64,000 nucleotides of DNA from an uncultured Microcoleus sp. (GTDB taxonomy: Bacteria > Cyanobacteriota > Cyanobacteriia > Cyanobacteriales > Coleofasciculaceae): assembly GCA_964588805.1 (NCBI GenBank), contig CAZPRJ010000002.1, positions 71,586 through 135,585 on the forward strand, read 5' to 3'. The translations under genes and the position numbers were made by a program. This document shows positions 59,209-64,000 of the stretch, piece after piece. Each line of letters starts with the position of its first letter. Within the stretch, counting starts at the first letter, position 1. The notes beneath the pieces were generated by a model. That model had not been told where the DNA came from and searched no databases. It was given only the letters and a program-made list of their open reading frames with translations.

Positions 59209-60825
59209 CTAAATATCCAACCCCACCACCGTAAATTCATGGGGATGCTCAAGCACAAACTGATAGTACACTTCTTGCGTAGAAAGAGGAGGAACCGTCA
59301 GCAACCAACCTAACATACCCATCTCACCACTCTCAGCGTCTGGATTGGCTAAGGTGAGGCGAACTTGTACTTGTTCGTGGCGACTGATGGGGAGTTGCTC
59401 AATCACTTGTAATTTGATTTCACACTCCTGTAAATTGGTGATGGCAAGGCGATAGGCATAGGTTGTCCGACGCTGATTCTCAACCTGATTGTGTTCAACT
59501 TGACGTTCTACCAAATCGCGTTGAATTTTAATGCCTTCATAAATCCCCAAGTTCAGCTTGAATTCCTGACTTGGAACAATTTTGCCGAGCTGAGTTGTAC
59601 CCACAAAGGTATTATCCAGAAAGATACTTACCTTACCGGGTAGCAGCGTCACACCCGTGACAGGATTTTTAAGGGTGGCTTGCAGGTAAGCACCATTTAC
59701 CTGTCGAGGTAGAGTCAGGTAATCGGCTTGGCATGGATAATCTTCAGTAAAAATCGTAACTTTATAAGGAAGCCCATTACTGAGAATATGGCTCGTGCTA
59801 CTCACTCCATAGGTGACGCTACTACCCGTTTTAGAGGGTTCTGGAGGAGTAACGGGAGCAAACGTATAATCAAACCCAGAATTCATCAAGGCATCCGCAG
59901 CCGGAGACGTACCCGCAAACGGCATAGTCGCCGCCACTGCACGAGAGGGTAAGTTTACAGGTTCAGAAAACGATGATGTCCGGCGTCCGGGGTGAGCAGA
60001 GTTTTGTACGTCAATGTACCAAGGCGTCACCTTTGGAGGTGTAGTACCAGCTCCAGGTTTGGCGGTAGAAAGCGTGAGTTTAACCCCTGGCCAATCTTCA
60101 CCCGTACTTTGCTTAATCTCAGCTAAGTAACTGATATTGATCTTTTCACGAGTCGCATAGAAGCGCAAGTCATACAAAGGCGTCCAGCTCACTTTTTGGA
60201 CAAGATAAGACACCTCTAACTCCAATTCTCCCGCCTCTTGAGCAGCGATCGCAATAATTAAGTTAAAACTTTCTTGAGGTTGGGAGTTTGAGAGTTGCTG
60301 GAGTTGTTGGCGCAGGACTTGTAACTGTTTGTCCTGTTGTCGTTGTTCTATTTCCTGTTGCCCAATCGCATTGGAGTAATTACTATACTGCTGTCCCACA
60401 AACTCCAGTAATTCCTGGATTTGACTCAATTCCATTTGCTCGGGGTTCTGGAACTTAGTCATGCGCTCCAAGTACTGATTACTCAGGCTTTTTACAAAGT
60501 TTCGCTGGTGATTAAGCAGCGTCAGCAAATCTTGTCCTTGACGTTTTTGCTCTTCAATTTTCCCCATTTCTTGGGTAAGTTGAGCAATTTTTTGTTCGAT
60601 TTCTGCCGAAGCACTGATGCGTTCGGTTCGTACCCCCAACAATTGCCCGCCGGCTGTCCCCGTAGTTCTTACGTGTACGGATTCACTCTGAAGGGTAATC
60701 GGCAGTTGTTCAATCAGCAGTTCCTGTTCCTCGCCGGTTAATTGCACGACACCTCGGCGCATCACCAGCGCTTTGTCAGCGTATACCGTAACCTCACAAA
60801 TTCGGGTGTCTAGCGTTTTATTCAT
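59209..60825 (-). CDS. DUF4139/DUF4140 domain protein (MuiA-like)
   Basis: 538 aa; N-terminal beta region, central coiled coil, C-terminal DUF4139-like region. Confidence 0.6.
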   Translation of the reverse strand: MNKTLDTRICEVTVYADKALVMRRGVVQLTGEEQELLIEQLPITLQSESVHVRTTGTAGGQLLGVRTERISASAEIEQKIAQLTQEMGKIEEQKRQGQDLLTLLNHQRNFVKSLSNQYLERMTKFQNPEQMELSQIQELLEFVGQQYSNYSNAIGQQEIEQRQQDKQLQVLRQQLQQLSNSQPQESFNLIIAIAAQEAGELELEVSYLVQKVSWTPLYDLRFYATREKINISYLAEIKQSTGEDWPGVKLTLSTAKPGAGTTPPKVTPWYIDVQNSAHPGRRTSSFSEPVNLPSRAVAATMPFAGTSPAADALMNSGFDYTFAPVTPPEPSKTGSSVTYGVSSTSHILSNGLPYKVTIFTEDYPCQADYLTLPRQVNGAYLQATLKNPVTGVTLLPGKVSIFLDNTFVGTTQLGKIVPSQEFKLNLGIYEGIKIQRDLVERQVEHNQVENQRRTTYAYRLAITNLQECEIKLQVIEQLPISRHEQVQVRLTLANPDAESGEMGMLGWLLTVPPLSTQEVYYQFVLEHPHEFTVVGLDI

Positions 60826-60840
60826 CAGTCCTTAGTGCTT

Positions 60841-60925
60841 TGTTATTAGCCATTAGTTGTTTGTTGTTCGTTGTCTGTTGTTGGGGGCAAGTAACCAATA
60901 ACAAATAACCCATCACAAAGAACCA
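60841..60925. repeat. STRR-like heptamer hairpin (GTTGTTT/AACAAAT arms) on the 3' side of metF
   Basis: GTTGTTTGTTGTTCGTTGTCTGTTGTT ... AACCAATAACAAATAACCCATCACAAAGAACCAATGAC inverted arms. Confidence 0.8.
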
Positions 60926-60939
60926 ATGACCCAATTTGT

Positions 60940-61923
60940 TTAACTGTTTTTTAGGGGTTGAACTCCAGCCAAATCTAAAATTTTGGGAATCAAGTCTTCT
61001 CGCTTGATTGCCATCATGTGCACACCCTGACAAAGTTGCCGTGCTAGCTGGACTTGCTCGGCTGCGATTTTCACCCCTTCTTGTAAGGGTTCTTCAGCCC
61101 TTGCCAATCGGTCAATGATCGTTTGGGGAATGTGAACGCCTGGAACGTATTTATTGATAAATTCGGCATTCTTTGCAGACTTGAGCAGAAATATTCCCGC
61201 TAAAATCGGTTTATTGGTGCTAGCCGCGATCTGATCCATAAACTTTTCCAGCCGATCAAAATCACTAATCAATTGGCTTTGGAAAAACTGTGCACCCGCT
61301 TCTAGTTTACGCTCAAATCGACGTTGTAATCCAGACCAGCTTTTGAGTTGGGGGTCAACGGCTGCCCCTGCAAACAAGTCCGTGACGCCATCGGTGAGGG
61401 GTTTGCCATTCGCATCAACACCGCTATTGAGCTTACCAATCAGTTGCAGTAAGCGCACAGACTCTAAGTCAAACACGGCCTTGGCCTCGGGATGATCCCC
61501 AGCTTTGACCGGATCGCCAGTGAGGGCGAGGATATTGCGAATCCCGAGGGCGTGAGCCCCCATGAGGTCAGCTTGTAAAGCGATCCGGTTGCGATCGCGA
61601 CAGGCCATCTGACACACAGGCTCAATGCCATGTTGCAACAAGATTACTGATGCGGCCATAGAACCCATCCGCAGGACTGCCCGACTGCCATCGGTAATAT
61701 TCACTGCATGCACCCGGCCTTTAAGGGCTTGTGCCATTTTCAGCATATGATTGGGGTTGCCGCCTTTGGGGGGGGCTACTTCGGCCGTAATCAAAAATTC
61801 ACCGGATTGTGCCGCCGCACGAAATGTACCTGGAGTCGATACAGTTCCTCGTAAGTTGTTCTCATCCTTTTGGGGTGTTAGTGTTTCAGCCTGGAGGGTT
61901 GATTGGGGCAGGGAATGGCTCAT
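60940..61923 (-). CDS. metF: 5,10-methylenetetrahydrofolate reductase
   Basis: MetF TIM-barrel motifs across 327 aa. Confidence 0.85.
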   Translation of the reverse strand: MSHSLPQSTLQAETLTPQKDENNLRGTVSTPGTFRAAAQSGEFLITAEVAPPKGGNPNHMLKMAQALKGRVHAVNITDGSRAVLRMGSMAASVILLQHGIEPVCQMACRDRNRIALQADLMGAHALGIRNILALTGDPVKAGDHPEAKAVFDLESVRLLQLIGKLNSGVDANGKPLTDGVTDLFAGAAVDPQLKSWSGLQRRFERKLEAGAQFFQSQLISDFDRLEKFMDQIAASTNKPILAGIFLLKSAKNAEFINKYVPGVHIPQTIIDRLARAEEPLQEGVKIAAEQVQLARQLCQGVHMMAIKREDLIPKILDLAGVQPLKNS

Positions 61924-61934
61924 AAATTTACCTA

Positions 61935-62026
61935 AGCTGTTGCTTGTTATTCGTTCTTTGTTTTTGGTTCTTTGTGTTTGGAATTATGGCAGACAATGAA
62001 CCACAAATAACAAACAACCAACAACC
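61935..62026. repeat. STRR-like heptamer hairpin on the 5' side of metF (same family as 60841-60925)
   Basis: GTTGCTTGTTATTCGTTCTTTGTTTTTGG ... CCACAAATAACAAACAACCAACAACC inverted arms. Confidence 0.8.
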
Positions 62027-63085
62027 TTAAAGCGGACGGGTATAACCCATCGCTGTTTTCACCCTTAATAGGGTAGCATTGGCGATCGCTTCTGCTTTCT
62101 CGCGCCCTTCACGCAAAACCGATTCTAGATATCCTTTATCTTCGATCACGGCTTGATACTTTTGTTGAATTGGTTCTAGGGCTGCAATTGCCGTATCCGT
62201 CAACAAGGGTTTGAACTGCCCCCAGCCCATATCCTGGCATTCTGCTGCGACTTCTTCTTTGGTTTTCTGGGACAGCAACATATACAGAGTGAGTAAGTTA
62301 TTACACTCCGGACGTTCCGGATTGTCAAATTCTAGTCCCTTAATCGGGTCAGTTTTGCACCGCTTAATTTTCTTCTGAATTTCGTCGGGCGAGTCGAGCA
62401 AATTCATCCGACTTAGATCGGAAGGGTCAGATTTAGACATTTTCTTGGTGCCATCCGTCAGACTCATCACCCGTGCCCCTTCTTTACGAATCATGGGATC
62501 GGGTAACTTGAGGAGGGGTTGTTTGGGATTGCCAAATTGATGATTAATGCGGTTAACAATATCACGCGTGAGTTCCAAGTGTTGCTTTTGGTCTTCTCCT
62601 ACGGGGACTTTATCGGCATCATAGAGTAAGATATCTGCCGCCATCAGCACGGGATAGTCGAGCAACCCTGTATTCACATTTTCACCTTGCCGAACTGCTT
62701 TTTCTTTAAACTGAATCATATCCGTCAGCCAGTTAATAGGCGTAATGCAATTAAACAGCCAAGTCAGTTCACTATGGGCAGAGATATGGGATTGAATAAA
62801 AACGGTGGAGTATTGCAAATCAATCCCACAGGCTAAATACAAAGCCGCAATTTTGTAAGTATTCTCTGCGAGAGTCGTTGCATCGTAGGGGGCGGTAATC
62901 GCATGTAAATCGACTACACAGAAGAAGTTTTCGTACTGGCTTTGAATTTCAACCCAATTACGAATGGCACCTAGATAGTTACCGAGGTGAAGATTACCAG
63001 TGGGTTGAACCCCAGAAAGAACGCGCTGTTTACCCATTGATTTTGGTGGAAAGTCTTTTACAGGAACTACTTGAACAACATACAA
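62027..63085 (-). CDS. trpS: Tryptophan--tRNA ligase
   Basis: HIGH-type motif (QPTGNLHLGNY) and KMSKS. Confidence 0.95.
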   Translation of the reverse strand: MYVVQVVPVKDFPPKSMGKQRVLSGVQPTGNLHLGNYLGAIRNWVEIQSQYENFFCVVDLHAITAPYDATTLAENTYKIAALYLACGIDLQYSTVFIQSHISAHSELTWLFNCITPINWLTDMIQFKEKAVRQGENVNTGLLDYPVLMAADILLYDADKVPVGEDQKQHLELTRDIVNRINHQFGNPKQPLLKLPDPMIRKEGARVMSLTDGTKKMSKSDPSDLSRMNLLDSPDEIQKKIKRCKTDPIKGLEFDNPERPECNNLLTLYMLLSQKTKEEVAAECQDMGWGQFKPLLTDTAIAALEPIQQKYQAVIEDKGYLESVLREGREKAEAIANATLLRVKTAMGYTRPL

Positions 63086-63237
63086 GCGTTCTTAGTGTGT
63101 ATCAGATTTACTAATTTTGCCACTCTTGCCGCCTTTTAGGGAGATCAAAGTGGGAAAGCGGGGGAGCGGGGGTGCGGAGGAGCAGAGGAGCGGGGGGGCA
63201 AAAAAACGACGCCCATGAACGGGATTGTTCATAACCA

Positions 63238-63310
63238 ACTCCTGACTCCTGACTTCCTGACTTCCTGACTCCTGACTCCTGACTTCCTAACCTCCTGGCT
63301 CCCTGCCTCT
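63238..63310. repeat. STRR-like heptamer array (CCTGACT / CCTGACTT)n
   Basis: About 9 tandem units; reverse complement of the array at 41471-41501. Confidence 0.9.
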
Positions 63311-63401
63311 ATTTCAAGCTAGTACTACCTAATTAGCCTAATTGTGTTTAGCTCGGTAAGATAATGAGAGAAAATACCTATCAATTGGATTGGACTCAGT
63401 C

Positions 63402-63740
63402 ATGGCTCAAATTCAGTTTTCTCGAGGACTTAACGAAGAAGTGATTCCGGATGTTCGCCTTACCCGCTCTCGGGATGGTAGCAATGGTACTGCCACCTTT
63501 TATTTTGACAATCCCCAAGCGCTGGATGGGAATAGAACTGAAGAAATTACGGGGATGTATTTAATTGATGAAGAGGGTGAGATTGTAACAAAAGAGGTTA
63601 AGGGCAAATTTGTCAATGGTCAACCCACTGCCGTAGAAGCTATCCTGATCATGAAATCTCAGGGGGAATGGGATCGTTTTATGCGCTTTATGGAGCGATA
63701 TGCCCAAGAGCATGGTTTGGGATTTACTAAGGCCAAATAA
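63402..63740 (+). CDS. psb28: Photosystem II assembly factor Psb28
   Basis: [38 protein letters not shown] is the canonical Psb28 N-terminus. Confidence 0.9.
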   Translation: MAQIQFSRGLNEEVIPDVRLTRSRDGSNGTATFYFDNPQALDGNRTEEITGMYLIDEEGEIVTKEVKGKFVNGQPTAVEAILIMKSQGEWDRFMRFMERYAQEHGLGFTKAK

Positions 63741-63764
63741 GCCCTCGTGCTTTAATGATTCGGG

Positions 63765-63840
63765 TCGGTAATGGGTAATGGGTAATGGGTTCCAAGGCAA
63801 AATTAATTCAATTACCAATTACCCATTTCCAATTCATTAC
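63765..63840. repeat. Inverted heptamer arrays (GGTAATG)3 ... (CAATTAC)n forming a long hairpin after psb28; probable terminator
   Basis: CGGTAATGGGTAATGGGTAATGGG and its complement ATTACCAATTACCCATTTCC 20 nt downstream. Confidence 0.7.
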
Positions 63841-63847
63841 AAGGATT

Positions 63848-64000
63848 ATGACTGAGCAACCTCACCCTGATTTAGCGCCAACGACAGTCCATTGTGCTGT
63901 GATTACGGTTAGTGATACGCGATCGCCTGAAACCGATAAAAGTGGTCAGCTTATTCAGCAATTACTCCTCAAAGCAGGTCATGTCGTTAGTTTGTATCGG
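63848..64000 (+). CDS. Molybdenum cofactor biosynthesis protein MoaB/MogA family (3' end outside window)
   Basis: N-terminus ...[21 protein letters not shown] matches the MoaB/MogA family; ORF runs off the window. Confidence 0.65.
   Translation, partial: MTEQPHPDLAPTTVHCAVITVSDTRSPETDKSGQLIQQLLLKAGHVVSLYR

Overview
This 64 kb window is cyanobacterial chromosome. The octamer GCGATCGC (HIP1) occurs more than 40 times, short tandem heptamer/octamer repeat (STRR)-like arrays are frequent, and psbA, psb28 and an AvaK-like PRC/DUF2382 gene are present. About 60 protein genes are dense on both strands. Core genes: a cobalamin-riboswitch-controlled cbiMNQO cobalt ECF transporter, a znuA-znuC / znuB metal ABC transporter, an OmpR-type regulator with a CHASE3 histidine kinase, psbA (D1), psb28, trpS, metF, moaC, moaB, dusA, mtnP, tRNA-Arg(ACG), and an adenylate cyclase next to a cNMP-binding MscS channel. 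Accessory or unusual content: (i) a full-length eukaryote-type major vault protein gene divergently paired with a serpin gene; (ii) a ~4.9 kb island inserted between znuC and znuB, bracketed by two direct copies of a terminal-inverted-repeat MITE, carrying a translationally coupled AAA ATPase + DUF4276/TOPRIM-like pair (AbiL-like candidate defence module), 2.2 tandem copies of an XRE HTH gene and hypothetical ORFs; (iii) a five-copy MITE family (terminal repeats CAGGACTTAC...GTAAGTCCTG); (iv) a 5'-truncated TPR-CHAT protein gene with an in-frame palindromic insertion; (v) a form-IV RuBisCO-like protein; (vi) a toxin-first RelE/ParE-Phd/YefM-like pair; (vii) two GT1 glycosyltransferase paralogues, a tandem U32 peptidase and a stand-alone HNH nuclease. 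No CRISPR array, rRNA, integrase or transposase ORF was recognised.
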